A stretch of 57,608 nt of DNA from an uncultured Candidatus Saccharibacteria bacterium (GCA_964373775.1 CAYJWA010000001.1:1-57608), one strand, 5' to 3'. Shown: positions 33,969 through 44,322, counted from the stretch's first letter. The notes: generated by a model not told the origin, from the letters alone. Numbers and translations are program-made.

Positions 33969-34901
33969 ATGAATATACTTGTAACAGGGGGTGCTGGGTA
34001 CATCGGTTCGGTTCTTGTGCCGACGCTCCTTTCGGGCGATCATACGGTAACGGTCATTGATAATTTCATGTACCGCCAGAGTTCTCTTTTGGATGTGTGC
34101 CACGATGCGCGGCTTCGCATCATACGCGGCGACGCGCGTACTGGAGATCTCATTCGTCGGGAGATTGAAGCGGCTGATGTGATTCTACCGCTTGCGTGCC
34201 TGACGGGTGCGCCCATCTGCGACCGGTATCCAGAAGAGGCGAGATCGATAAATCTGGGAACTATTAAGTTGATTTTGAAACACCGGCGTCCTGAACAAAA
34301 AATTATCTTCCCCACGACGAATAGCGGGTATGGGATCGGGGAGGAAAGTATGTATTGCACCGAAGAAACTCCCTTACGACCTGTTTCGCTCTACGGTCGT
34401 CTTAAAGTGGAAGCAGAACAGGTGATACTCGAAGGCGGTAATGCGATTACCCTTCGTCTCGCCACGGTATTCGGTGTGAGCCCGCGGATGCGTTTGGATT
34501 TGTTAGTGAATGATTTTGTGTATCGCGCGGTTCGGGACGGATTTATCGTTCTCTTTGAGTCGCACTTCAAGCGGAACTTTGTGCATATCCGGGATGTTGC
34601 CGGCGCGTTTGTGCATTGCCTCAATCATTTTGATTCCCTGAAAGGCGGCGCCTACAATGTTGGTTTGAGCACGGCGAATTTGAGCAAGAAAGAGCTGTGT
34701 GAAGAAATCAAGAAGCAACTGCCGAATTTTTATTTCGTGGAAGCCCCGGTTGGCACAGATCCGGACAAACGAAACTATATGGTGAGCAACGAGAAGATTG
34801 AGAAGACCGGATTTTCCGCGCGCATCTCTCTTTCCGAAGGCATCGCGGAACTCATCAAAGGGTATCAGGCACTGCCGGGCAGTCAGTTTTCCAATATATA
34901 G
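33969..34901 (+). CDS. NAD-dependent sugar-nucleotide epimerase/dehydratase (SDR)
   Basis: MNILVTGGAGYIGS and YGRLKVEAE. Confidence 0.65.
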   Translation: MNILVTGGAGYIGSVLVPTLLSGDHTVTVIDNFMYRQSSLLDVCHDARLRIIRGDARTGDLIRREIEAADVILPLACLTGAPICDRYPEEARSINLGTIKLILKHRRPEQKIIFPTTNSGYGIGEESMYCTEETPLRPVSLYGRLKVEAEQVILEGGNAITLRLATVFGVSPRMRLDLLVNDFVYRAVRDGFIVLFESHFKRNFVHIRDVAGAFVHCLNHFDSLKGGAYNVGLSTANLSKKELCEEIKKQLPNFYFVEAPVGTDPDKRNYMVSNEKIEKTGFSARISLSEGIAELIKGYQALPGSQFSNI

Positions 34902-34908
34902 ATTGTGT

Positions 34909-35919
34909 ATGTTTCGAACTATGTTCTGCATCACGCGAACGCCCTTGCGCATTTCTTTTTTCGGCGGAGGCACTGATTATCCGGCGTGGTACGAAAAACA
35001 CGGCGGCGCGGTTTTGAGCGCTTCCATTGACAAGTACTCGTACATCACCTGCCGGTATCTGCCTCAATTTTTTGAGCACAAATATCGCATCGCATATTCC
35101 GTCATAGAGAAGCGGAAGCGGTGGGAAGATATAGACCATCCGTCAGTGCGGGAGAGCATTGGCTTTCTGGGGGTCACCGACGGTCTTGAGATTTCTTATA
35201 CCAGCGATGTCCCAGCGAAGTCCGGGCTTGGCTCCAGTTCTGCGTTTACCGTCGGTTTACTCCACGCGCTCTATGCACTGCAGGGAAAGACGGTCACCAA
35301 ACGGCAGCTTGCGCTTGACGCAATGTATGTTGAGCAGAAATTGATTCAGGAGCATGTCGGTTCGCAGGACCAGGTGGCGGCTGCGTTCGGAGGATTCAAC
35401 AAAATTGAGTTCAAGGCGAAGAACTCTTTTCAGGTAACGCCGTTTCCCGTTGCGCGCGAGCGGTTACAGTCGCTGCAAAAACATTTGATGCTTTTTTTCA
35501 CCGGCATCTCGCGCAACGCGTCTGATATTGCCTGCGAACAGATTAAGGGCATCAAGCGGCATACCGTTAACCTGCATTCGCTTTCCGAACTTACTGCTGC
35601 GGCGGAAAAATTGCTCATTGTCCCCCGCGCGCCGCTTGATGAGTTCGGGCGGTTGCTCCACGAGAGTTGGCAGATTAAGCGCGCGGTAACGAATAAAATT
35701 ACCACGCCGTTTATTGACAGCATCTATGAGGATGCGCGAGCCGCCGGGGCGCTCGGCGGAAAGCTTCTTGGCGCCGGCGGCGGCGGATTTATGCTCTTTT
35801 TTGTGCAGCCGGAAAAACAGGCCAAGGTGCGCGCGCGGCTCCGAAAGTTGTTGGAAGTGCCCTTTGCTTTTGAACATCTGGGAAGCCAGCTTATTTACTA
35901 TGGACCGACCACTGCATAA
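34909..35919 (+). CDS. hddA: D-glycero-alpha-D-manno-heptose 7-phosphate kinase (GHMP kinase)
   Basis: ITRTPLRISFFGGGTDYPAWY, PAKSGLGSSSAF and GGKLLGAGGGGF. The start was moved to the ATG at 34909, after the upstream stop. Confidence 0.75.
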   Translation: MFRTMFCITRTPLRISFFGGGTDYPAWYEKHGGAVLSASIDKYSYITCRYLPQFFEHKYRIAYSVIEKRKRWEDIDHPSVRESIGFLGVTDGLEISYTSDVPAKSGLGSSSAFTVGLLHALYALQGKTVTKRQLALDAMYVEQKLIQEHVGSQDQVAAAFGGFNKIEFKAKNSFQVTPFPVARERLQSLQKHLMLFFTGISRNASDIACEQIKGIKRHTVNLHSLSELTAAAEKLLIVPRAPLDEFGRLLHESWQIKRAVTNKITTPFIDSIYEDARAAGALGGKLLGAGGGGFMLFFVQPEKQAKVRARLRKLLEVPFAFEHLGSQLIYYGPTTA

Positions 35920-36703
35920 ACTCGCTGCGGCAGGGGAAGGGGGAACCGCGCTTGATGTGGTAATCCTCTGCGGCGGGCAGGGGACGCGGCTTCGCCCGGT
36001 CATCTCCGACCGGCCGAAAGTGCTTGCGACGGTCGGAGGAAGGCCGTTTCTCTCGCTTTTACTGGAGCGGGTGCGGGCGCAGGGATTTGAGCGGATTATT
36101 CTCTGCATCGGATACAAGGGCGGCATGGTGCGGAAAGTCCTCAAAAGTGAAGTTCCTCCGCTTATATTTTCTGAAGAAAATGAGCCGCTCGGAACAGGCG
36201 GGGCGCTCAAAAAAGCCCTTCCATTAGTCCAGACCCCGGATTTTATCGTAATGAACGGCGACACATTCTGTCCCGTATCCCTTCACGAGCTGGTCAATTT
36301 CCACCGCGCGCGCCGCGCTTTGCTTTCTCTTGTGCTCAACCGCAGCGCGCGTTCTGACGGAGGCAGCATTATGCTTGATGCCGACCGAAGAATTACTCAT
36401 TTTAAGGAAAAAGAATCCATTGCCGGCACACCCCCGCGCCAATCTGGCGCAACGGATTTGCGTGGGGGTAAAGGTTGCTTAAGCGCTGGTGTCTATATGA
36501 TGAAAAAGGAGGTGGAGAGATTTATGCCAAAGAGACCAATGTTTTCTTTGGAATACGATTTTTTTCCTAAAATTATACGCTCCGTCCCCTGTTTCGGGTT
36601 TGTCACCAGTGAAGATGCTATTGATATCGGCACACCCGAACGGTATCATGAAGCTACGCGGCGTTTTAGAAAACGAATGCGTGGTGGCACAGGCAGGTTA
36701 TGA
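35900..36703 (+). CDS. hddC: D-glycero-alpha-D-manno-heptose 1-phosphate guanylyltransferase
   Basis: VVILCGGQGTRLRPVISDRPKVLATVGGRPFL. The start at the ATG at 35900 overlaps hddA by 20 nt. Confidence 0.7.
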   Translation: MDRPLHKLAAAGEGGTALDVVILCGGQGTRLRPVISDRPKVLATVGGRPFLSLLLERVRAQGFERIILCIGYKGGMVRKVLKSEVPPLIFSEENEPLGTGGALKKALPLVQTPDFIVMNGDTFCPVSLHELVNFHRARRALLSLVLNRSARSDGGSIMLDADRRITHFKEKESIAGTPPRQSGATDLRGGKGCLSAGVYMMKKEVERFMPKRPMFSLEYDFFPKIIRSVPCFGFVTSEDAIDIGTPERYHEATRRFRKRMRGGTGRL

Positions 36704-37269
36704 AAGAAGAAATAGTCGCACAACTGAAAGAAAGCGCGCGCGTGAAGCTTGCGGTCGCGGATTCGCTTGCCGATGTCATAGCGGGGGCGGCGAAGGCGAT
36801 TGCGGAGGCGTTTCGCGCGGGAGGAAAACTCTTGATTATAGGGAATGGCGGCAGCGCCGCGGACGCGCAACACATGGCCGCAGAATTGGTCAGCCGTTTT
36901 AAACTGGAAAGAAAAGCGCTTCCGGCGCTCGCGCTGACGACCGACACCTCAATTCTCTCTGCTATCGGCAATGACAGCGGTTTTGAGTTCGTCTTCTCCC
37001 GTCAGGTGGAAGCGCTCGCGAATCATCCATCGGATATTTTACTTGCGATCTCCACGAGCGGAAACTCTCGCAATGTGCTCAAGGCGGTGACGGCTGCGAA
37101 AAGGAGAAAACTTCAGACCGTTTGCCTCACCGGGCAGGGCGGCGCTCTTCGGACTATGGTTGATTTTGCCATTGCCGTGCCGTCAAAAGACACACAGCGC
37201 ATTCAGGAAGCGCACGGTACCATCGGCCACATCCTCTGTGGTCTTGTTGAGCAGGAGCTTTTCTCATAG
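36700..37269 (+). CDS. gmhA: sedoheptulose-7-phosphate isomerase
   Basis: LLIIGNGGSAADAQHMAAELVSRF, LLAISTSGNS and the QE.H motif. ATGA overlap with hddC. Confidence 0.85.
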   Translation: MKEEIVAQLKESARVKLAVADSLADVIAGAAKAIAEAFRAGGKLLIIGNGGSAADAQHMAAELVSRFKLERKALPALALTTDTSILSAIGNDSGFEFVFSRQVEALANHPSDILLAISTSGNSRNVLKAVTAAKRRKLQTVCLTGQGGALRTMVDFAIAVPSKDTQRIQEAHGTIGHILCGLVEQELFS

Positions 37270-37275
37270 ACCTGT

Positions 37276-37983
37276 ATGGAGCAGTATCTTATCACGGGAG
37301 GTTTTGGGAGAATGGGGTCGGAGCTTCGCGGCAAGATTTCTGCTGTGACGCCTACCTCCGCGGAGATGGATATTCTTGATGAGGACCGCGTCGCTCATTA
37401 TTTGTTGCATTATCCGGTCACCGCTATTTTGCATCTTGCCGCTATAAGCAATAGCGTGCTCGCGGAGAAGGAAAAACTTAATTCATATCGCGTGAATGTG
37501 CAGGGTACGGCGGTAACGGCCCGCGTTGCCGCAAAGTTCCACAAGAAGATTATTTACCTTTCCACTGATTATGTCTTTCCCGGGACCAGGGGGAGGTACA
37601 AAGAAACCGACGAGCCAGCTCCGGCGAATTGGTACGGTTTTACCAAGTATGCCGGGGAGCTGGAGATTCAAAGTCGCACCGAGAACTTTTTGATTATTCG
37701 GACCGCCTTTCGGCCAACCGCTTGGCCGTTTTCTACCGCATATAGCAATGTCTTGACCAGCGCGGATTATGCGGATGTGATTGCGCAGGAAATTCTCCTT
37801 GCGCTCTCACTCAATCTTTCCGGCATTCTTCACATCGGTACTGCGCCAAAGACCCTTTTTGAACTTGCGCGGCGCCGTAATCCGGAAGTCGGCGAGGAAT
37901 TAGCTCCGGAGTCGTTTCCGAAGCGGAAGGATTTATGCATTGACAAATGGGAAAAGATTAAAAGAAAAGCATTGAATACATAA
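37276..37983 (+). CDS. short RmlD-like sugar-nucleotide reductase
   Basis: ITGGFGRMGSEL, LSTDYVFPG and WYGFTKYAGE. At 235 aa it is shorter than canonical RmlD. Confidence 0.5.
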   Translation: MEQYLITGGFGRMGSELRGKISAVTPTSAEMDILDEDRVAHYLLHYPVTAILHLAAISNSVLAEKEKLNSYRVNVQGTAVTARVAAKFHKKIIYLSTDYVFPGTRGRYKETDEPAPANWYGFTKYAGELEIQSRTENFLIIRTAFRPTAWPFSTAYSNVLTSADYADVIAQEILLALSLNLSGILHIGTAPKTLFELARRRNPEVGEELAPESFPKRKDLCIDKWEKIKRKALNT

Positions 37984-37998
37984 AGCGATGCATTCATT

Positions 37999-38916
37999 AT
38001 GAAAATCATTGTATTAGGGAGCAAAGGATTTATCGGGAAGAATATGCTGCGGCATCTTGCAAAGACCCGCCACAAGGTCTTTCCGTTTTCCCGCGAGACC
38101 GTTGATTTGCTTGACCGCGAAGCGCTGACGCAGCAATTTAAGCGGGTGAAGCCCGACGCGATTATTAACTGCGCGGCTCACACCGGGAGCGGCCGCTATG
38201 TGAATACCCACGCCGCTGATGTGTTTAGCGATAATGCGCAGATGTCGCTCAATCTTTACGCGGCTGTTTTGCAAGAAAGCCCGAAGGCGCGGGTTATCAA
38301 TATTCTTTCCAACTGTTCCTATCCTGGAGATAGGGGATTTCAACATGAAGCCGAGTGGCTCCAAGGTCCTGTGCATGAGTCCATCTTTGCGTACGGAAAT
38401 GCGAAACGCACGCTATATTACATTGCATACTGTTTCGACAAACAATATGGAATAAGGAGCGTTAATTTCTTAATACCCGAAGTGTTCGGGCCAGGCGATT
38501 ATACCGACCCTTCCCATACACACGCGGTAAACGGAATGATTATTCGCATGGTAAAGGCAAAGCGCAATGATGACGCGGAGTTTGAAATTTGGGGTTCGGG
38601 AAAGCCAATTCGTGAAGCCATGTATGTTGACGATGTGGTTAAACTTCTGTTATTTGGTTTGAATACGAACAATGATTTCTTGTACCCTGTTAACCTAGGA
38701 CAAGGGAAGGGACATTCTATAGCAAAGACCGCTGGAATCATTGCTTCTATTTTGAAGTACAAAGGTAAACTAGTGTGCAACAAAAAGTACCAGGACGGCG
38801 CCTTTAAAAAAGTGTTGTCGGCGCGTAAATTTAAGAAAACATTTCCTGGCTATTCTTTTGTTGATTTCAGGAAAGGCATAAAAAAGACGATTGCATATTA
38901 TGAATCTGTGTTGTAA
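37999..38916 (+). CDS. GDP-L-fucose synthase-family epimerase/reductase (Fcl-like)
   Basis: It aligns by eye with E. coli Fcl (IWGSGKPIREAMYVDD vs VWGSGTPMREFLHVDD; YGNAKR). Confidence 0.65.
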   Translation: MKIIVLGSKGFIGKNMLRHLAKTRHKVFPFSRETVDLLDREALTQQFKRVKPDAIINCAAHTGSGRYVNTHAADVFSDNAQMSLNLYAAVLQESPKARVINILSNCSYPGDRGFQHEAEWLQGPVHESIFAYGNAKRTLYYIAYCFDKQYGIRSVNFLIPEVFGPGDYTDPSHTHAVNGMIIRMVKAKRNDDAEFEIWGSGKPIREAMYVDDVVKLLLFGLNTNNDFLYPVNLGQGKGHSIAKTAGIIASILKYKGKLVCNKKYQDGAFKKVLSARKFKKTFPGYSFVDFRKGIKKTIAYYESVL

Positions 38917-38918
38917 GC

Positions 38919-39749
38919 ATGGTTACTGATTTTAGGAAGTGGGAATACAAGCGGAAACTTATCGATCGATTGGTAAGCGCTTTTCAAGCTGCTCGTTTTG
39001 CCGTACTTGAGCCGATTCTTCTTAGGATAGCAAGAATGCGCTTTGAGAATGCGTATCAAGATAAAAATGAGCGGCCTCTTATTTCAGTTGTGATGACCAC
39101 ATTTAAACGCGCCCGCCTCCTAGTTGACCGCTGTCTTCCTTCTATTCTGAATCAAACATACAAAAATTTTGAAATTGTAATAACCGCGGACAGCCGCGTT
39201 GATGAAACAGCCAAACTGCTGAAAGAGGTTAATGATCCTCGCGTGAAGTTCTTTGATGTGCCGGAGTACGAGCATTATTCCAAAGAAACAAAATTGCGAT
39301 GGTATGTTGGCGGAGTTCCAAGCAGAAATAAGGCCTTGGATTTTGCAAAAGGGAAGTGGATTGCGGAGATAGATGATGACGATATTTTTCTTCCAGAGCA
39401 TCTTGAAGCATTGCTTGAGTTTGCAAAAAATGGGAACTATGAGATGGTCTCTGCGCAGTATTTGCGGGAAGAAAAGGGTGAAAAGAAAATTGTCGGCGCG
39501 CAGGATTCCATTCCACCTATCGGCGGAGTGCAAACATGGCTTTATAGGTCATATCTCAGATTTTTTAAATGGAACGTGCACTCTTGGCGGAAAAGTTATA
39601 ACCGCCCGCCAGATATTGAGCGTTCTCTTCGTATGGGCTTTGCCGGCGTGCGAACCGGTTTTCTGAATAAAGTCGTTACTAAAGTAACACCCGTACCCGG
39701 TAAAGACACTACAGGACTTGATTCGTTGACCGAGGATCGTTACGACTAA
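38919..39749 (+). CDS. GT2 glycosyltransferase (paralog of 44323..45135)
   Basis: ISVVMTTFKRARLL...ILNQTYKNFEIVITAD and WIAEIDDDDIFLPEHLEALLEFAKNGNYEMVS. Confidence 0.7.
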   Translation: MVTDFRKWEYKRKLIDRLVSAFQAARFAVLEPILLRIARMRFENAYQDKNERPLISVVMTTFKRARLLVDRCLPSILNQTYKNFEIVITADSRVDETAKLLKEVNDPRVKFFDVPEYEHYSKETKLRWYVGGVPSRNKALDFAKGKWIAEIDDDDIFLPEHLEALLEFAKNGNYEMVSAQYLREEKGEKKIVGAQDSIPPIGGVQTWLYRSYLRFFKWNVHSWRKSYNRPPDIERSLRMGFAGVRTGFLNKVVTKVTPVPGKDTTGLDSLTEDRYD

Positions 39750-39799
39750 CCGATAATCTTTTTTGTTGCGTAAGAGTAGTAGGAAGTATTTGTAGCGCT

Positions 39800-40777
39800 A
39801 TGGCACTAAAGGTATTTCATGATTATGTAAAAAACAGCATTAAGCCGAGATGGCCGAATGTTTTTGTCGCAATGCGCTGGTTCTATCGGGAACTGTTGAG
39901 TTTGCGATATTATCTTCAGTCAAGGATGCATCATGTCCGTTGGCTATGGCAATATGCGCAATTGTGCTTAAAGGTTTTGCAAGAACAAACGCGAAAACAA
40001 TCTGCTTTGAACATTGTGGATGTAGCCCACAATTCAGGACCAATAACTCCCGCTGATTTTTCTGAATCCGTGAAAAGTGTATTAGAGAAATATGCTGGTG
40101 GTAAAAAGAGGTCGGTTCTTTCAGGAAATCTTGCTGGTTATGCTGAAAATGATGCTTTGTGCTGGAATGCTCCCTATGCGTATTATAGTTTTTCAGGATT
40201 GGCTATGAATATGCTTGCTTGCGCCAGAAGTATATTGAGGTTGTCGCCCGATAGATTGAGTATTTTGGAATTAGGGTGCGGGTCTGGCGCTCTAGGCAAT
40301 TTACTGCTTCGTCTCGGTGTTTCAAGATATGTCGGTATAGACGGCAACGCGTTGGCTGGAAGATTCTCTCCATATATGCGTTACTGCAAAAACAATTTTC
40401 TGTTCCTGAATTTACAAGAGCCGATTAAATTGTATGCCAATGAAACAAGACTTTATTTTGATATCGTATGTTCATTTGAAGTGCTGGAGCATATTGCGGA
40501 GAACGCCTTGAATATATTATTGCAGAACATTACATTTCATCTGCGCGCAGGCGGACTTTTTATCTGTAGCGCATCAACGGGGGACTGGGGCGATGTGCAT
40601 GTGACGGTGCGAGCGCGAGCATGGTGGATTGAACGATTTTCCAAATACGGATTGGTAGAGGTTGGGTCGCGCAATTGGGAACGAAAGATTGCCCATGGGC
40701 ACCCCCACAACTGGATTCCGGAACTTTCCAATGTGTTTATACTAAGAAATAAGAAGTCATTGCGCCGAAGTGAGTAA
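39800..40777 (+). CDS. class I SAM-dependent methyltransferase with an N-terminal extension
   Basis: ILELGCGSGALGNLL and FDIVCSFEVLEHI. Confidence 0.6.
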   Translation: MALKVFHDYVKNSIKPRWPNVFVAMRWFYRELLSLRYYLQSRMHHVRWLWQYAQLCLKVLQEQTRKQSALNIVDVAHNSGPITPADFSESVKSVLEKYAGGKKRSVLSGNLAGYAENDALCWNAPYAYYSFSGLAMNMLACARSILRLSPDRLSILELGCGSGALGNLLLRLGVSRYVGIDGNALAGRFSPYMRYCKNNFLFLNLQEPIKLYANETRLYFDIVCSFEVLEHIAENALNILLQNITFHLRAGGLFICSASTGDWGDVHVTVRARAWWIERFSKYGLVEVGSRNWERKIAHGHPHNWIPELSNVFILRNKKSLRRSE

Positions 40778-40794
40778 CTATATAATGCTGAAAA

Positions 40795-40974
40795 TGGGAT
40801 GTGCAATCGTGGCGAAAAGGATATAACCGCACTCCGGATATTGAATGGAAGCTTCGCATGGGCTATGCCGACATAATGACCGGTTTTCTTGAGCAAGTGG
40901 TCACGCTCGTACTGCCTATTCCGCGGAAGGAAACCACCGGGCTTGATGCTTTAACCTCGGACCGGCATCAGTAA
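40795..40974 (+). pseudogene. 3'-terminal remnant of a third GT2 paralog
   Basis: The translation WDVQSWRKGYNRTPDIEWKLRMGYADIMTGFLEQVVTLVLPIPRKETTGLDALTSDRHQ* aligns with the last 59 aa of 38919..39749, about 38/59 identical by manual count. An in-frame TGA lies immediately upstream at 40789..40791, and there is no start codon. Confidence 0.75.
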
Positions 40975-41047
40975 TGGTATAGTGTCATTGGCGGTTCTGG
41001 AACGAATTGCTTCGGTGCGCAGTTTTAGGTAGTACGGCATTTATTAT

Positions 41048-42097
41048 ATGAAAACGGTCTTAATTACCGGCTCCGCGGGGCTTGTCGGCTCGGAAGCCGC
41101 AGTTTTTTTTGCGGGAAAAGGATTTCATATTGTCGGCGTTGATAACGACATGCGCCGCTATTTTTTCGGCGCGGACGCGAGCACCAAGTGGAATAGCAAC
41201 CGGCTTAAAAAGTCGCTCAAAGACGCGTATGAGCATTATGATGCGGACATTAGAGATGAAAAGGCGCTTGCGCGCATTTTTAAGAAACATTCCTTTGATC
41301 TTATCATTCACGCCGCGGCGCAACCCTCGCATGACTGGGCCGTTAAAGAACCGATGACGGATTTTACGATAAACGCGAACGGTACGCACCTTCTGCTGGA
41401 GCATTTTCGGAAATATTGTCCGGAATCGGTCTTTATCTTTACCTCAACCAATAAAGTGTATGGCGATCGTCCTAATACACTGCCGTTTGTTGAGAAGGAG
41501 ACGCGTTATGAACTGCCGAGGCGACACCGCTACTTCAACGGCATTGACGAATCAATGAGCATTGACGGTTGCATGCACAGCGTCTTCGGCGCGTCAAAGG
41601 TTGCCGCGGATGTGATGGTGCAGGAATACGGGAAATATTTTGGTCTGTACACATGTATCTTTCGGGGAGGGTGCCTTACGGGCCCTGCCCAGAGCGGCTC
41701 CCAACTTCACGGTTTTTTATCCTATCTCATCAAATGCATTGCTACGGGAAGGAAATACACTATTCTCGGCTATAAAGGGAAGCAGGTTCGTGATAACATC
41801 CATTCGTACGATTTGGTCAACGCTTTTTACCATGTGTACCGGAAACCGCGGCGCGGCGAGGTGTATAATATGGGAGGAGGGCGGCAGTCCAACATTTCGG
41901 TGCTTGAAGCAATTAAAAAGACAGAAAAGATTCTCAATAAAAAAGCGGTGTACGAGTATGTGGAGACCAACCGAGTCGGCGACCACCTTTGGTACATAAC
42001 CGACATGTCTAAATTCAAATCGCATTATCCGAAGTGGAAGTTCAAATACGGCATTGACGAAATAATAGAGGAGATTTGTAGGGCCGGTCATTTTTAA
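41048..42097 (+). CDS. NAD-dependent epimerase (CDP-paratose 2-epimerase-like SDR)
   Basis: [25 protein letters not shown] and FGASKVAAD. Confidence 0.6.
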   Translation: MKTVLITGSAGLVGSEAAVFFAGKGFHIVGVDNDMRRYFFGADASTKWNSNRLKKSLKDAYEHYDADIRDEKALARIFKKHSFDLIIHAAAQPSHDWAVKEPMTDFTINANGTHLLLEHFRKYCPESVFIFTSTNKVYGDRPNTLPFVEKETRYELPRRHRYFNGIDESMSIDGCMHSVFGASKVAADVMVQEYGKYFGLYTCIFRGGCLTGPAQSGSQLHGFLSYLIKCIATGRKYTILGYKGKQVRDNIHSYDLVNAFYHVYRKPRRGEVYNMGGGRQSNISVLEAIKKTEKILNKKAVYEYVETNRVGDHLWYITDMSKFKSHYPKWKFKYGIDEIIEEICRAGHF

Positions 42098-42103
42098 TAG
42101 TTA

Positions 42104-42258
42104 TAGGACTTACGCACTTGGCCCCTCTCCCCCTTTCAAAGGGGGAGATAGAGAGGGGGTCATGTATAACAACGATCTTACTACCACCCCTCATTCCCAT
42201 CCTTGGAAAGGAGGGGAGGGTAGAACCACAGAGTCCACTCGAAAGCGCGTAAGTCCTA
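42104..42258. mobile_element. MITE-like element, TAGGACTTACGCACTT family (copy 2)
   Basis: The left end is taggacttacgcactt and the right end is aagcgcgtaagtccta. It is flanked by 5-bp direct repeats AGTTA at 42099..42103 and 42259..42263. The interior folds into two G/C-rich hairpins. Confidence 0.65.
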
Positions 42259-42276
42259 AGTTAATTAATACTCTCT

Positions 42277-43218
42277 ATGCCAGAACAATTTCCACAGCAG
42301 GGAACATCATCGGGTTCGGAAGAAAGGTTTAACTTGAAAAAACCGCTAAATTTACTCGAGCGGGATGGCGACCCGCGCAAAAGCGCGTACGTGAGAAAAC
42401 TTGTCAATGACGCGCGAGAGTATTGGCATACCTTCTCTGCTGGGAAAGGCGGGAGCATACGCCCTTCCATCTTCCGTCTCCATAAAGCCGAAGGGCTGTT
42501 TGAGAAAAAACCCGATGGCGGAAGAAAACATATGGCCCCTGAACACATCCTTACGGTGATGGCCGGCTGTTTTGCGTTGGCGCGTCTTTTGAAATTAAGC
42601 GAACAAGATACGCGCGACCTTTTGTTAGGAGCCGCGGTTCATGATGTGAACAAAGATATTGAGTTCCAACTTGTTCGGGAGTCAATCAAAAATCCGGAAG
42701 CGGGGTATGGCCAGCGGGGGTATGACACTGCGGGCAACATAAGCGCGCAGAAACTGAAATTCGCCGGAGTTCCGGCAAACATCATTCGCATTCATGGCGT
42801 GTGCGGACATGCGGCATGTCCGGACACAGAAACCGCGCTTCAAAAAGAAGAGCTGTCATCGGAAGATATCCAAAAACTTGTTCTCCATTACATTGACGAT
42901 ATTGTTACCAATCCGAACATTATTGACCCGGCCATTACGCATGATGAACAAGGAAAAAGGTTGAATGCGCTTGATAGGAGATGCATTCAAAACGAGAAAA
43001 ATCAATCCTATGTAGAGTATAACGAGGCATGGAAAAATGACCCTCGGAATAAAACTGGCGAAACGGCTTTTGTCATGCAGCGAAGAGTCGGTCATCTGGT
43101 AGAGAACAAGCTGGCGGAGCTTCTCGGTGTCAATGACCCAGTAACCTTACCGGAGGTTATATACAAACAGATGCAAAAAGATATTCAAGACCATTGGGAC
43201 AAGGGTAACAAAGGATAA
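42277..43218 (+). CDS. HD-domain-like protein (unknown function)
   Basis: HILTVMAGCFALARLL...LLLGAAVHDVNKD (H...HD spacing) and LVLHYIDD. Confidence 0.4.
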   Translation: MPEQFPQQGTSSGSEERFNLKKPLNLLERDGDPRKSAYVRKLVNDAREYWHTFSAGKGGSIRPSIFRLHKAEGLFEKKPDGGRKHMAPEHILTVMAGCFALARLLKLSEQDTRDLLLGAAVHDVNKDIEFQLVRESIKNPEAGYGQRGYDTAGNISAQKLKFAGVPANIIRIHGVCGHAACPDTETALQKEELSSEDIQKLVLHYIDDIVTNPNIIDPAITHDEQGKRLNALDRRCIQNEKNQSYVEYNEAWKNDPRNKTGETAFVMQRRVGHLVENKLAELLGVNDPVTLPEVIYKQMQKDIQDHWDKGNKG

Positions 43219-43227
43219 CTCCATCGC

Positions 43228-44304
43228 ATGACGAATTACAAACATATTTTAATCACCGGCGGAGCGGGGTTTGTGGGTTCGCATCTCGCGCTCAACCTGA
43301 AGGAACTGTTCCCCGGCGCGGTTGTTACCGCGTTTGATAATCTCCATCGCCGCGGTTCGGAGCTTAACCTCCCTCGGCTTGCGAAAAACGGCGTGCAGTT
43401 TCTCCACGGCGACATCCGCAGCAAAGAGGACTTGAGGGAAGTTGTAAAGGCGGATTTGATAGTGGACTGCGTCGCCGAGCCGTCTGTTTTGGCCGGCATC
43501 AACTCGTCGCCGGAGTATCTGCTCGGCACCAATCTTTTTGGAACCGTGAACGCTCTTGAGTTGGCGCGAATATGCAAAGCTGATTTTATCTTTCTGTCAA
43601 CAAGCCGGGTGTACCCACTTAAGGAACTCCGAGAGCTTGAGCTCAAAGAAACCGACACCCGATTTACATTGAAGGGCAAACAGAGAATCTATGGAGTTTC
43701 TTCTGCCGGTATTACGGAGGAGTTCCCTCTGGGAAAAAGCAGAACGCTCTACGGCGCCACTAAGCTCGCTTCCGAGCTTTTGGTTCAGGAATATGTTGCT
43801 TCTTACGGCATGCGCGCGGTTATCAACAGGTGCGGCGTTATAGCCGGTCCTTGGCAGTTCGGAAAAGTTGACCAAGGGGTAATGACATTATGGATGGCGC
43901 GCCATATATACAAAGACAGGGGACTCTCGTATATTGGGTATGGCGGTACGGGCAAACAAGTGCGGGATTTTCTCCATATTGATGATGTGTGTACCGCTAT
44001 CCGTGCCGAGCTTGCGAAGTTTGAGAAGCTTAATAGCGAGGTTCTTAATGTCGGCGGAGGACTTGCGAACTGTCTGTCGCTACAGGAGATGACCAAACTA
44101 TGTCAAGAGATTACCGGCAATCATATTGAGATTGCATCAATACCCGAAGACCGTCCGGGAGACATACCGCTCTATATTACAGACCATGCGAAGTTTACCG
44201 GCCTAACGGGTTGGCGTCCGAAAAAAGACGCGATGCGTACCTTTACTGATATATATGATTGGATTACGCGCCACAAGGATGCCCTGCGCGGGATATTAGA
44301 ATAG
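43228..44304 (+). CDS. NAD-dependent epimerase (CDP-paratose 2-epimerase-like SDR)
   Basis: ILITGGAGFVGSHL, FDNLHRRGSELNLPRL and YGATKLASE. Confidence 0.6.
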   Translation: MTNYKHILITGGAGFVGSHLALNLKELFPGAVVTAFDNLHRRGSELNLPRLAKNGVQFLHGDIRSKEDLREVVKADLIVDCVAEPSVLAGINSSPEYLLGTNLFGTVNALELARICKADFIFLSTSRVYPLKELRELELKETDTRFTLKGKQRIYGVSSAGITEEFPLGKSRTLYGATKLASELLVQEYVASYGMRAVINRCGVIAGPWQFGKVDQGVMTLWMARHIYKDRGLSYIGYGGTGKQVRDFLHIDDVCTAIRAELAKFEKLNSEVLNVGGGLANCLSLQEMTKLCQEITGNHIEIASIPEDRPGDIPLYITDHAKFTGLTGWRPKKDAMRTFTDIYDWITRHKDALRGILE

Positions 44305-44322
44305 CTATTCAATACGACCGTC

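Noticed and set aside
35464-36264. 266-aa minus-strand ORF overlapping hddA/hddC
   Set aside because: It is antisense to two genes with strong family motifs. Its composition is Arg/Ser/Pro/Ala-rich and low in complexity, as is typical of spurious antisense frames in GC-richer DNA, and it has no motif.
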